From: the human T2T-CHM13v2.0 reference genome, Homo sapiens
Strand: one strand, 5' to 3'
Assembly: GCF_009914755.1 (NCBI RefSeq)
Contig: NC_060931.1
Length of the DNA: 64,000 nucleotides
Shown here: one piece after another, positions 1 through 13,959 of the stretch
Numbering within the stretch: position 1 is the first letter of the stretch
How the letters are laid out: each line of letters begins with the position of its first letter
Position numbers and translations under genes: made by a program
The notes under the pieces: model-generated
Told to the model about the DNA's origin: nothing
Seen by the model: the letters and a program-made list of their open reading frames with translations, nothing else
Database searches by the model: none

Positions 1-353
1 TTCTGTTTGGAAGTTGGTCAGCCACTGTAACGGCTAAATGTAATCCAGTCAGAAAGTAAAACATTAGATATTCTATATTTCGGAGAATTTAAAAGATTCC
101 CCCCAAAGGAGAGGAAGGGAAATTCAGGGCAAAAAGAATTCCTTCTCTCAGGAAGAATCTGTTCTAAGCATCCAATTCTGAGTTTCATGAAAATTTACTT
201 CTACCCATCTCCACATTTATTTTATACAGCGGAAAATCTATTTTATACAGCAGAAGCCTAAGCTATAAAATCACAACATTCAGTATATAAGGTCACAGAT
301 ATTGCTCTTTTAAAACTGAAAGACACCTTAGAGATCATCTAGGGTTAACCTGA

Positions 354-711
<358 letters not shown>

Positions 712-1616
712 TGGCTTACATTTTTTAAAACTACCCAACAGCCATTAGCTAATGCCCCTAACTGGTACAACAAAGCCATACGTGAGCAAGATCTCAATAA
801 AAAAGAAGAAACACTGAAAAGGAACTAGCCTTTTCATTTCACACGTGAGGAACATGAAACCTAGAGATAGGAAATAATCTCCTCAAGGTCGAATAAGTGG
901 TCTCTTCCCTTCTTCCACACTTTTCCCACGATACCACAACTACAGATCATTTTGTGAGGTGGTTCTGGACAATTAGCAGTGCCACTTTGAATCACCCTTC
1001 AGAGGAAAGCCATGAGGTAAGGGACATAAATAGGCTGATGTTTATCTACCACCAAGATACCCTCCAGAGAACACTCCTGGGCTAGCAGTATGGCCCTGTA
1101 CCCAATTCACCTGTGCTATATAGACCCAGATATAAAAGGTAAAAGAATGAATTCTGCTGATTTTTTATCTGAACAGGAACATTTTCTTTTCAATGCAAGT
1201 CTGCATATACCCTATTAAGAATCAAATCTCAACTAGATTAACTAGAAACTTACAAAAAGAAAAAAAAAGTGAGGCCCAAAAGGAACTTAATTGACTTTAA
1301 TTGAAGCACTTGCAGTTACTTGAGCATTTATAACACTTTTGCTAATCCTAAACCAATCTTCAGCTTCCAAAATCTCAGTCACCCATTAAAGCTAAATGCC
1401 ACAAAATATAGTTTGTTAAGCATATCCAAACCTGTGTTCATGTCAGTATCTGTGTTTCTTAAGCCAGCTGTCTAAGAGAAAGAAGTGCTGTCTTTAATCT
1501 GATTCTATTCACGCTGTAGTATCTAATCTCTGCTGAGGCGGAGCAGCTTTACATTGGAGGTGAGAAGTTGACCCACTAAAAGGTCTCTGCTCCTCCCATA
1601 CACTTTTGCACAGTCA

Positions 1617-1795
1617 CTGGTTCCCAACCCTGGCTAAGTTTTAGAATCACTTGAGGGAGTCTTTAAAACATACAACTTCCTGGCCTACAACCCCAGAGAT
1701 GCTTATTTAGTAGGTGTGGGCTGAGAAAGCTTTTTGATTATTTTTAATTAAGTTCTCCAGGTGATTCTTTTGCAGCTAGTGTCTTTGAAAACCAG
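1617..1795. mobile_element. MER5A-like hAT-Charlie MITE
   Basis: tggttcccaaccctggc...ttagaatcacttgagggag...ccccagagat...ctccaggtgattct...tttgaaaacca matches the MER5 layout. Confidence 0.7.
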
Positions 1796-2989
1796 AACTG
1801 TAGCTCTCTCATGAGCAGGAAAGGTGTTTATCCCCACTGAGCTCTTGTTTGTATCCATTCATTTCATCCTTACCACTTTCTAGTAATTGTGACCATCAGA
1901 GAAAGCACCATGCATCAGAGGAAAAGCAGGGAAAACAAAAGTTGAAAAAGCAACAAACCAACAAAATCATATATCGTAGGACCTGGAAGGCATTCCAGAG
2001 ACAATATTCCCCAAAGAATGAAAACTCTTGCACCTTCAAACTTTGATTGACTTGCCGTAGGATGTATGTGACTTCTCTGATGACACTGGATTGTTATCTC
2101 CTGGCCCTATTAGTACAGTGGTGTTACTGCCTGACTTTCCTATAGACAGGGCCCCCAAAATGTACACCTATAGAAGGCCATGTTCACATAGTTGTGCCTC
2201 AGGGTTTTCCATTTACATAGACCATAATGTGAATATCAGAACTTGGAGTTGTACTCACCTCGTGGCTCTGACCATACGCATTCGAGTTCTTGATTTCTAA
2301 TCTCGTCCAAGCCTCTTGTGTTTCATGTCTGGAAACTGAAGTCCATAGACATGATGGGACTTACCTAAGATTATAGAGCAATATAGTGTCAGAGTTAGAT
2401 AAATACTACTTCTTAATTCATAAGAACAGGTACCTGGGTCAATGCAAACACCACACTCAGCAGTCCCAGCTCCAGAGGAAATAAGGACAGTGTTGAGATT
2501 AAAGAGTCCACCCAGGGAAGATAAATATCATGCCACAAAAGTCCTGCCACTGAAGTCTCCACTTCCCAGAGTCCTACAGTCAATCTGAGGGGATCAAGAG
2601 CAATGAATTCAGCTCCACTGCAGTAAATGTTCCCATTCCAAGAGATTTGGGTACTTGACAGGGAAGGCAAGGGAGGCAGCCATGTCACTCAGTCAGAAAG
2701 AAGAGATGATAATAACTTGTTCCATAGGTTAAAAAGAGAGATTATTTTTCCTAGGACTTCCACTTGGATGTTTTGGTCTTCATCATCATAGAAGAAAAAT
2801 ACTCATATTATGAAGTCAGAAGTATCTTAGCAGATTCTGAGGGACAATAAAAGGATTAACTGACCAATGGAAGAGTAGCCCTCTTGATGTCTTTGGACAA
2901 GCTGGATAGGGTGACTGATTATGAGGTACACTGTGTTTCTACTGAAGTATGAGATGTTGAGGGACATTTCTCCATAGGTGTCTGGTGTT

Positions 2990-3762
<773 letters not shown>

Positions 3763-4829
3763 CAGGGAAAGTCTTCAAATTCAACACACAAAACTGGATT
3801 TTTTTTCACTATTGTATGAAAATAAAAAGACAAATTTCTTTTTATTCACACAGATAGTACTAATAAATAAAATTAACATAGACAAATAGTAAGCTTTTGT
3901 TTTCTATTGATATGTCACAAAAATACCAGACTACTTTCTGAGACATACTAGGACCAGGCTAAAATGTAAAGAAAATAACCAGGACCTGCGTTGGATTCCA
4001 GAAAGCCCAATTAGTAGATCAAGGCATCTAGCTGAGGCAACAAGAAAGTACTTGGTGCAGAGTCAAAAGGGGTAGAGGAACCCAGATTATCAGAGGAATA
4101 GAGGGGCAGCTGGTTCCTGGCAAGACAACAGGTAGTAGCATTGTAATGTAGAGGATTGGTTTCAAGAAACATAACCTCTCTCATCTATAAATTGGGGAAC
4201 AGGATAGAGATTGGCCAGCAAGAACCAGACTATATTAGTGGAACAAATTCAAGTTGGGACCCCAACCCATGAGAGAGACTAGAAAACTGAGCAGGCTTAC
4301 CAGAGAGAAACAGATTAGGGGAAAAACTGAAGTTCAATTGTAGAACTGGGCTAAAAAGACACAAGAAAAACATGGAGAATGTTGAGCAACTCAGAAGCTC
4401 CATAGCCTTCCGGGCCATCCTTGGCCCACCAGATGTTAGCATGAGACTGAGACTTCCAGCATCTTTCTACTCCATCCTGAACTGCCTTAGCAATTGACTG
4501 AGCCTGGATCTGCTGCTGGAGACTTCTATAGATTCAGTATGAAGATAAAGACAGAGGGAAAGAGGCAGCATACTGAAAAGTAGCGGCTGAAAATGGTTGT
4601 TGTGTTTTACAAAATATCAGATCACTAAGCCACTTGACAGTCTATCCAATCAGATGAATCATGCCATTTTTGTCACAGGACCAACCACTGTGACACTAAA
4701 TTGGAAAAATTTGTACAAGGTTTAGATTTGACCTATGGAACATATGGCTGTTTAGATGCTGATGGAAGTTGATTTTTGCTTTTTTGTTTTTGTTGTTATT
4801 GCCCCAATACAAATTCATTCTTTAGACTT

Positions 4830-5870
4830 AAAACCCACTGGCCCATAAGTCCTTTGGTAAAAGGCTGGGAGAATCGTTACAACATATATTTGTCATGGTG
4901 TTGCCAGGTCCTTCCTCTTGGAAACCTAGCCACCACTTCAGTCAATGAATTCTAGGTCTGGAAAATGGCTTAGGTTTGGAAACTGGATACAGAGTATGAA
5001 TTTTTATTGGGGAATTTTCTCTCAGTCTCTTGCCCATTCATTCTTACTTCCTACCCATCAAATTCCTTGCTATTATGTATATTCATGAGAACCTATTGGC
5101 TATCCATATGTTTTTTCCCTGAGAACGTCATGTCTATTGATCATCTTTACAATTCTTTGCAGGTCAAGCCCACTTGGCTGCCCCTTCATGACATTTGGAG
5201 GTTAAGTGCCACCACCTGGCCTCTATTACTTTAGGGCCCTGTCATTCACATTGCTATCATCAACAAGTCAATCTCTATAATAGTGTCTCCTACCATCAGT
5301 CCTGCTTTCCAGAGGAAAGCCACCACTGAATCTCTTGGTGATGCTTGTTCTCTTATCATCATCACATTCCTGATGACCTTGGTGAGTGGTGTGTCCTCTG
5401 GGACTTTCCGTAGAACATAATCCTCTAGCAGGTCTTTTGGCTTCACATATTATAGCCATTCCAATATGCCCACTTCCGGGGACATTTTAAACCTCTTGCT
5501 CTGCCCTTTACTATTGCAACTGAGATATTTCCATTTCACTCAACATGAACAACGACTTTCTCTAGGTTTTTAGGAGCAACTAAGAAGTAGTTTGCACCAT
5601 TTTCTGAAGTCCTTGTCAGTGTTGCATGTTGCATCCCAAGAGAGTTCTCTCAAGTCAATAAAGTCTTCTTTATTCGGTCTTATGTTTTGATCCCTGTGGT
5701 CCAGCACCCTCAAAATCCAGTCCCGTGGGTTCTCCAGCAGCTTCTTCTAGTACATACTGGCTAATTCTTGCAGTCCTTTGGAGTATAGCTCCATTCTCCT
5801 CTTATGAGACCCAGCATGTCCCTAGCTGGGCTATGCCGCAACTTAACCCCAGCTATTGATTGGGCAGCCA
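4830..5870 (-). mobile_element. Degenerate ERVL-class internal region (gag remnant)
   Basis: Minus-strand translations DWILRVLDHRDQNIRPNKEDFIDL, PEDTPLTKVIRN...SVVAFL...VGDTI and QFPNLSHFPDLE resemble ERVL Gag; many stops and frameshifts. Confidence 0.75.
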
Positions 5871-6381
5871 GGAAAAAAAAGTAGGAGCAGATGTCAAGAG
5901 GGATTCTTGCAGCCTAGAGGGGCAGAGTGTCTTTCCCTGGGAGAGTGGGTTTGGTTCCAGTTGGTTTTCTGTTTTCCTGTAGCAAGAAATACTGGCCTCT
6001 TTATAAGCTCTACCAAAGAAGTCTTTTGGACTACATAGTTTTTAAATTATTTGTCAACTGTCCTCAGCTTTTTATTAACACTTTGAAGTGATCAATAAAA
6101 CTCAATAATGGGCCAGTTCCGCTGACTTTGTATACACTATTCTCCCTACACAAGTTCAAAGCATGAAAGCCTGAATCATTGCACAACATCGTTGTGTTTG
6201 GGCACATTGTTTCTCTTCACTTTCCACTGAACAAATTCCTATTTCTCATGAGTTTGGTGGCTTCTGGTGGTTGGTTCCCACATGCCTGTACTTTGGGCTA
6301 TGGGGTTCTTGGGATTGTGGTGATGCCTAGTATTGTTGCCAGCATCAAACATGGCTTTTTGCTTTTGTTTTGTAGTCTGTG

Positions 6382-6402
6382 TTTTTTTTTGTTTGTGTGT
6401 GT

Positions 6403-6442
<40 letters not shown>

Positions 6443-6717
6443 TGGAGTCTCGCTCTGTCGCCCAGGCTGGAATGCATTGGTGGGATCTCGGCTCACTGCA
6501 ACCTCTGCCTCCTGGGTTTAGGCAATTCTCTGCCTCAGCCTCCCGAGTAGCTTGGATTACAGGCATGTGCCACCACACCCCACTAATTTTTGTATTTTTA
6601 GTAGAGATGGGGTTGCACCATCTTGGTTAGGCTGGTCTTGAACTCCTGACCTCGTGATCCATCCACCTCGGCCTCCCAAAGTGCTGGGATTACAGGCATG
6701 AGCCACCGTGCCTGGCC
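6382..6717 (-). mobile_element. AluS (AluSg7-like)
   Basis: Reverse Alu ending cctggcc at 6717; aattctctgcctc and caccatcttgg variants; tail largely replaced by (TG)n. Confidence 0.93.
6394..6441. repeat. (TG)n microsatellite
   Basis: Near-pure TG run directly abutting the Alu 3' end. Confidence 0.97.
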
Positions 6718-7589
6718 GTCTCTCTGTTTCTATATGAGGATTCAGATCCAAAAATTATGTTGCCATTGATGCTATCTTCCCAGAATCAGGTGTGAATTTT
6801 ATTTTTTAATCTATATTTTTTAAAAGTAAAATGTAGAATGCAATGAGAAATTTGATATCTGCTTTAGCATTTACACTGAATCAAGCCTCAGAAGGAATGT
6901 TATCAGGAAAGAAGATATTTAAGACAGAAAATTAAATCACAAGCTATCAGTTTTTCTTAACCCAAGAAAGTAATGTTCCTGAAACTGATTCAAAGAATAA
7001 TGAAATGACCTTGTGCCTTTTTCTACCTGTCACATTCCACAGCTAATAATAGGAAGTCTGAAAGTCACAAATTACATAGAAATGGGAGACTAAAGAATAC
7101 ATACAGTGGCAAACAAAAAAAAATTCTGGATTTGCACAAATGTTCATTTTGAAAATGGAAGAAAGTTTATGCTTGTTATTTCACACAAATGGATTCACCT
7201 AACCATAATTAAAGGTTCTAGCCAATTAAAGGTGTAATAAAACCACAGATAGCTGTAAAATGAACAGAAGAACTCTCCTGAGGGTCTGGAAACTGAGGGT
7301 TGATTACAGCTCTCTGTCTTCTTCCATTTTTGAGTATTTTCCCCTTTTTAAGCATTTTTCCCTTGTGTTTATGGCATGTACAATCAGACGTGCAGCAACT
7401 GTAATTCCCACACAAAATAGGCTTTGGGGACCTGACATGCCTTTCTTCTCTCAGGTTCTCACTTCCAATAAGCAGTCTTTCAATCTGGGTAGGTCTCAGG
7501 ATGGTTCAGTGGAAGGTGAAGTTTGGCAACACTAAGCAGACCTCTTTAAATTTTGACTCCACTCTTTAAAAAAGAGGCTTTTTAACAGA

Positions 7590-7740
7590 GAGGTGTTGGG
7601 CAAGTGGCTTAACCTCTCCGAGCCTCAGTTTCCTCTTCTGTAAAATTAAGTTTATACAAGTCACCTTGGAGAGATAGTGAAATAATTCAAGATAAAGATT
7701 TAATCTTCTGACATTTAAGAAGTGTTTAATAAATGTTTAT
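7590..7740 (+). mobile_element. MIR fragment
   Basis: MIR core ttgggcaagtggcttaacctctccgagcctcagtttcctcttctgtaaaa. Confidence 0.8.
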
Positions 7741-8140
7741 TATTATTGATTATTTTATAACCCATTAGTTTGGAAAAAATATTATCTACAGTATCCCAAA
7801 ATTGTTACTATCTATATGCCATTATAAAATATTATATTTTTCTACAGAAAAAGTCAAATCAGCTGGCTCTTTTCTTGCCATGTAGACACAGACCTCCTGG
7901 GGAATCATCAAAGCGGGAATAGATTTAGACTGTGACTCTGAATTTTGGAAATTGTTTGTTTTAGACTGGACATGAAGAGGTTACAAAAACAAAATAAAAC
8001 AGGGAAAAAAAGTCTTCTGCCCATATTATCTCTTTGAAACATTTGAAGAACAGATTCAGAATTTATATAAAGGAGGAAGAAAACAACACCACCACCAAAG
8101 GCTGCAGGTATCTTTTTTTGTTTTTCATTCCTCTGAAATA

Positions 8141-8474
8141 TAGTCAGCCTCTGTATCTGTGGGTTTCACAACCACAGATCAAAAATGCAGCTGGGCCTAG
8201 AATGGTTGAGTCTGTACTGAACATGTACAGACATATTTTCTCTTGTCATTAGTCCCTAAGCAATATAGTATAACAGCTATTTGCATGACATTTACATTAT
8301 ATTTGGTATCATAAGTAATCTAGAGGTGATTTAAAGTATATGTGAGGATATACATAGGTTACACTATGCCATTTTATATAAGGGAGTTGAGCATCCATGA
8401 ATTTTGGTATCCTGGGGTGTTCAGGGTGGGGTGCAATCTGGAACCAATCCCCTGTGGATACTGAGGGATGACTA
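8141..8474. mobile_element. MER2 (TcMar-Tigger MITE)
   Basis: Imperfect TIRs tagtcagcctctgtatct / ggatactgagggatgacta, TA on both flanks, internal gtaatctagaggtgatttaaagtata. Confidence 0.85.
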
Positions 8475-9228
8475 TACTAACAATTTTATCTAAATGAAAC
8501 TGATAATCCATGTTTCCACTGAAGCATTCCAACCAAAATGCTCAAATATGTCTATTATTGTTGAAGTTTTGGTTTTCAGTTATTCTGTTTTTTTTATAGA
8601 AGTAATTGAACCTCATGATTAAATTAGAAATTTATGTTTAGATTTACAAGATAGTATACCAATTCAAAATTATTTTATAGAAAGTTCAGGTCTTGTCTGC
8701 TCTTGCTACTTTTGTATGTGAGTGTGATATTTTTAAAAGAGAAAGCATTAGAACAGTATTTATCTTGCCAAGAATAAAAGTCAAAGTCATATCTGCAAGA
8801 AGGATATTGAACTTTTTGTTGAAGGCCAGCTGCCAAATGCAAATTAACACCTACGAAGATATATCTGACAATTTCTTTGAATATTACTACTTTTCCACCA
8901 ACCTAATAATAAGTATGAACCTAAAGCTTGATAGGTGTTCATACAAGATATAACATGTATTTGTGAATATAATATGGTAGTAAAGATAAGTATCTTTTGT
9001 AGATTTTGAGAGAAGCCTGTGGATTTTTATATTTTTATTAAATAAGTCGATAAGTAGATATTGAGTCCCCACCCCAACTGTGTAGTAATTAGAGGTATCT
9101 AATGAGAAACGGATGGCTTTTTCAGGCAATAAGTTCATTGAGAGTGAAAAGTTTATTTAAAAGCTGGATGTCCATCTGTTAGGGGACAAATATATCAAAT
9201 AGATTTCCAGCCCTAATTGAATGGTAGA

Positions 9229-9644
9229 TGTATTAGTCTGTTTTGTGTTGCAGTAAAGGAATACCTCCGACTGGGTAATTTATAAATAAAAAAAGGTTTA
9301 TTTGGCTCACGGTTCTGCAGACTGTGCAAGCCTGGCACCAGCATCTGCTCAGCTTCTAGTGAGGCCTCAGGAAGCTTTTACTCAGAGTGGACGACAGAGG
9401 AGGAGGAGGCATGGCACATGGCAAGAGAGGGAACAAGAGAAAGACAGGAGGAAGTGCCAGGCTCTTTTAAACAACCCAGCTCTGGTTCTAACTAATAGAG
9501 CAAGAACTCATTCATTAGAGAAAAAACACATTTATGAGGGATCCACCTCCACAACCCAAACACCTTCCACCAGGCCCCATCTCCAACACTGGGGATCACA
9601 TTTCAACGTGAGATTGGGAGGAGACAAACATCCAAACTGTATCA
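9229..9644 (-). mobile_element. MSTB-like MaLR solo LTR
   Basis: tgtattagtc...caaactgtatca termini; 5-bp TSD gtaga/gtagg. Confidence 0.9.
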
Positions 9645-9829
9645 GTAGGGACTGCCTAAACCTCAATATGGAGAATAATTCTGATGCTACATCTAGGTTC
9701 ATTAGGAACACATGCCGTAACCTCTTAGCAAAGTACGTACAAGACACAAGAGTGGGGCACGTTATTTATTCACCATTCCTGTGTAGCACTGATCTAGGTA
9801 ACCACTGTTAACAATAACAAACGTCATCA

Positions 9830-10005
9830 ATACACAATATTAATAAATTAATACCATATGTATTCTAAGCACTTTACATGTATCATCTTGTTTTATCTTA
9901 ACAGCCCTCTGAAAGATGTGCTGTTATTATCCCTCTTCTGTATGTAGAGAAACTGAGGAATAGAGACATTAAATAATCCCCCAAGTGTGTATTAAATGGT
10001 AGAGG
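9830..10005 (-). mobile_element. MIR, interrupted by the MER50-like LTR (resumes ~10688-10735)
   Basis: ttctaagcactttacatgtatcatc...gaaactgagg...; the MIR-like continuation follows the LTR TSD. Confidence 0.7.
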
Positions 10006-10687
10006 TGTTACAGTGGGTAGCTAGTCAGGCATGAACAGGGCAGGAGAAGGCTCACACACACACACACCAGGAGTGTCAGGCAACCATTAGGTGATGGTCG
10101 AGCAGTTAACTGTCTCTCTAAGGTAATAATTGGTCACAGCCAGCTCCAGGGAAAGGCAGTCTCCCAATAGATAGAAAATACCTGAAACTGGTGATCAGCA
10201 GCTTCCTAATAAGATCTCAGGAGTTGGGCTACTGGGCTCAAGCATGTGCATTAAGAGGCAAAATGGCAGAGTTTAATAGGTATATGACCTTCCTCTAGGA
10301 ATGCTAGACTGGTAAGGAAGGAACGCCTCAAGTGAGCATGCGTACAACTCCAGTAAACACACTGCACATGCATCCCCTCCCAAGTACCAGCACACAACTA
10401 TGCATGTGGACAGCCCACCCCAAGGAAAGAGTCAGGAGAGAAGTAACCCAAGACCCTGGAAGTATCCCAACATATAAAACTCCAAGTCAAAAGGTCGAAC
10501 TGCACACTTGATCTCTCAAGTCACCCGCGTGGCCCTCTTCCAAGTGTACTTTACTTCCTTTCACTCCTGCTCTAAAATTTGCCTCGGTCTCTCCTTCTGC
10601 CTTATGCCTCTCAGTCAAATTCTTTCTTCTGAGGAGGCAAGAATTGAGGTTGCTGCAGACCCATACAGATACATTCTGCCACTAACA
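10006..10687 (+). mobile_element. MER50-like ERV1 solo LTR
   Basis: tgttacagtgggtagctagtcaggcatg...actaaca termini; perfect 4-bp TSD gagg at 10002-10005 and 10688-10691; TATA box at 10473-10479. Confidence 0.88.
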
Positions 10688-11724
10688 GAGGTAGGATATG
10701 AGTCTTGTTCTGCCTGGAATCAAAGCTGTACTCATTGGCCCTCAAAGAAGTCATGTTAGGCCCTGCCTGGCTCCCACACTCATGGTAATAGAAGTAAACA
10801 GGAAGCTAAGGCCACCAACTACTTGCCCTGTTTCATTGAAAACCGATGTCCAGGAATTCAGGGAACAAACCCAACACTCATCATTGAGCCACATTTGCTA
10901 TGTTTTATCAGCCTTGGCGTGCAATACTCTTAAACAGACCCCTATCTTCCAAAAAACGTAGGCCCCCTTTCTATTCTAGAATTGGCACTCAGATCCCTCT
11001 CCTGTTCCCTGTGCCTAAGTCCCCTAATAAATTGTCTCATATACTAGGCCCTTGCCCTGGGCCTCACCTTCTTCTTGCTAGGTTCTTACCAACACCGAAT
11101 CCTGGACCCACACCCAGTGTCTACGGCCACTGCAGCTAGATCTGTGTTCTTGCCATCAACCCAGAGGGTGACAGAGCTCACAGAGCCCCACATGCCTGGT
11201 TTGACTACCCCACACAGCAGATAACTCAGCATCCTGGGCTCTGAGCCAAGGAGTGGTGAGATAACCCCTGAAGACACTTCCAACTCTAACATTCTACCCT
11301 GTAAGCCTGAATACTCAGTCATAAGCTAAGAAGATATTTTTTTAATGTTAAAAAAAAAAAGAAAGAAAAGAAAAATAGGTTTAACTTACAGTCCTAGGTT
11401 GTACTGAGTCAAGGCCAGGGTATCGTCTTAGAACACAGAGAGTTGACAATTAAATAAACACGAAGAATACCAGGCTTTTCCCCGGGGCCTGGGCAGGGTT
11501 AGACAGTGAAATAAGCACAAGCCCGGGCTTGTCAGCCTGGAACAAGGAGGCATCTGCCTAGAGTTAGCCTAATATTTGCTGAGTAACTCCTGCATTCTCT
11601 CACCAGGAGGCACAACATCTAGAGACAGCACCAGACAAAACTGAGATGTCAATAGAGATCTTCAAAGTCAGCGAATGTCTCCTTCTCTCCACCCTTTGTC
11701 CTACTTAGTGAATTATCTGAGATC

Positions 11725-11910
11725 AGGAGTTAAACAGACTTGGGCTGAAATCCAAACTCTGCTATTTACCAACAATGGACAAGTCATTTAAACTCTTTGA
11801 GCCTTAACTTCTCAACCTGTAAAATGGATATGATGCCTATCTCACAGCAATGTTGTAAAGATTAAATGTTACTAGCATGTTTGGCACCCTGTAGGATTTC
11901 AGTAAAAGTT
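11725..11910 (+). mobile_element. MIR
   Basis: cagacttgggctgaaatcc...gacaagtcatttaaactctttgagcctt...ctgtaaaatgg...gttgtaaagattaaatg. Confidence 0.75.
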
Positions 11911-13959
11911 ATTATAATTCTTCTTTCCTTATCCCCTGCTTCAGCCCAACCCTTTAGTACCAGAGATCTTCCTACTGTCTTTAGTTACTCAAAGTTTCCC
12001 ATGCAAATTTTCCTCCTGTCACTTTATATTACTTAGATGGACAAACTCCTAAATCACCTATTTTTCCTCCCTACTTACTACCTGCCAAAATGCTGATAAC
12101 TTTAATGCTAATGAGTAATCTTTCATAGTAAAAACATTATAGAGAAAACCTCTTACGGTTTTACTGGCTTCCCAAACACTGCCCTAAACTTCAAAGAGTT
12201 TAAAGTCCAGAAGGTAGAAAAAAGGACCCCAACCCTTAGCAGAGCACTACCACTTTAATCCATCTTATTTATTACATTTCTGGATTAAGCTTTCATTTAG
12301 AATATGTAATAGATTCTCCCCATTTTTAAAAAGTGAAAGAAGAAAAACTCCTGCTTTATAATATTAGGGGGATCTTCAAGTCTCATGAAAACCCTAATTC
12401 ACATTAAATCTATTTTCTCTAAATCTGGCTTTATTAGAAAAGCCTGTTAGTATCCATTATTGAATAATGCCATCTCCTTGAATGAATCAAAGAGGGAGAG
12501 CCAATATAGAATCTTAAAGGTATCAGAAAATAAATCTATTTTCATCAGTCCACTGCAGCTTTCCAGTGGCCCTGTGTGTAGCATGTCAGATGCCCTCATT
12601 CTTAGAAGTTTATTATTTTTAGATTGTGCCTAATTTAGATCCTTCTACAAAATTATGACCCACTTCACCATCCATGAATTTCTACTGGGAATGTGCAAGT
12701 GGGAAGAGTAGAAAGGATGGGCTTTTAATGATGTGGATATTCGAAATAGGTTGTTGAATGCTTTTTTCTAATTCAAAATGAAGAAAGATTTACAAAAAAC
12801 AAAACCTCTACTACATATGAACATTAACTGGCTGTCTGCCAAGTCTTCTAGATTCCCTCAGAATAAGAGCCCAATATGGACAAGGGGAAACCACTCTCCG
12901 TCAGGTTCATGAGGAATACCTGGGCTCTGATAAGTTCATTCTCAGTGTATGTATGTAAAATTAAGATGATAGAACATGACATTAAAAGGTGATAATTATA
13001 TATATGACTTCATTAATGAGAAAAAAGGGTTTCTTCACTTTCAATTAATCATGTTATATTTTATTGCATAATATTATACACATTAGTAAATGCTGAGTCA
13101 ATATCTTAGATTAATTCCTGATGACAGTAAGAAAGAAAATTGATCAGTTACTCTTAGGCACGTACAGTGATTTTCTCAGTTCACTTGGAAGCAGGTATTA
13201 ACTTATTACTGCAGTGGATGAAGGAGTAACTTAATGACTGGGAAAAAATACGGTGATGGAGTATTAATAGTAAAGTTACAACATTAATTAAAATGTAAAT
13301 AGTATATCTAATTATTCATGGTAATTTACACTAAATTTAGCAACTTCTGTGTGCCTAAAACAAACATAGAAGGGGACCTCTAAATTCCTTTTCTTTTCTT
13401 TTATACGGAAACTGAAGTCTCCAAAGATTAAGAAACTTGCTAAGGTCACATAGCTAGTAAGTGGTAAGGACACTGTTTTAGCCTGGGCCTTTGTGAATCT
13501 AATCTTGTTGCTGTTCTGAGAGCATGCACTGCTGTTTCCTGTGCAGTCCCTCCTCAAACTGTCCACTATAACTCTATCCATGGAATCACTCCCTCAGCCA
13601 TAATATAGTTGGGTCCATTAAGTAGCCTGAGCCTCTGACCAAAAAATATTCTTGTTAAATAGCTGAGATGTCACTCTGGACCTTCTGCAAAGGAAATGGT
13701 TTCCTTTTCTTCTCTTATTTGGCTCTGTCTTCTCCAGTCTTTCTGTCTACAAACACACCAATCCCACACCATCACCGTCACCATCTCACACACACACTCA
13801 GTTTAAAAATCTTCCCCTTTCTTGCTATCATCTCAAACTCAAGTTCTATTTTTTTATCCTTGCTACTAACCTTCTTTCCAATAGTCTATATTCATTTTTT
13901 CTATTCACTCCTAAATCTCTTACATTCTAACTTCTACTCCCAATGCTTTTTCGCACTGT

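Noticed and set aside
2413-2688. 91-aa minus-strand ORF with GAEFIALDPL, faintly like ERVL Gag AEFIDLGPL
   Set aside because: The similarity is too short to call by eye; it needs tblastn.
9302-9811. 169-aa ORF
   Set aside because: Mostly antisense MST LTR sequence with a non-ATG start.
12852-12956. Exon-like stretch (DSLRIRAQYGQGETTLRQVHEEYLGSDKFILS)
   Set aside because: Weak acceptor and donor, and no recognisable protein.
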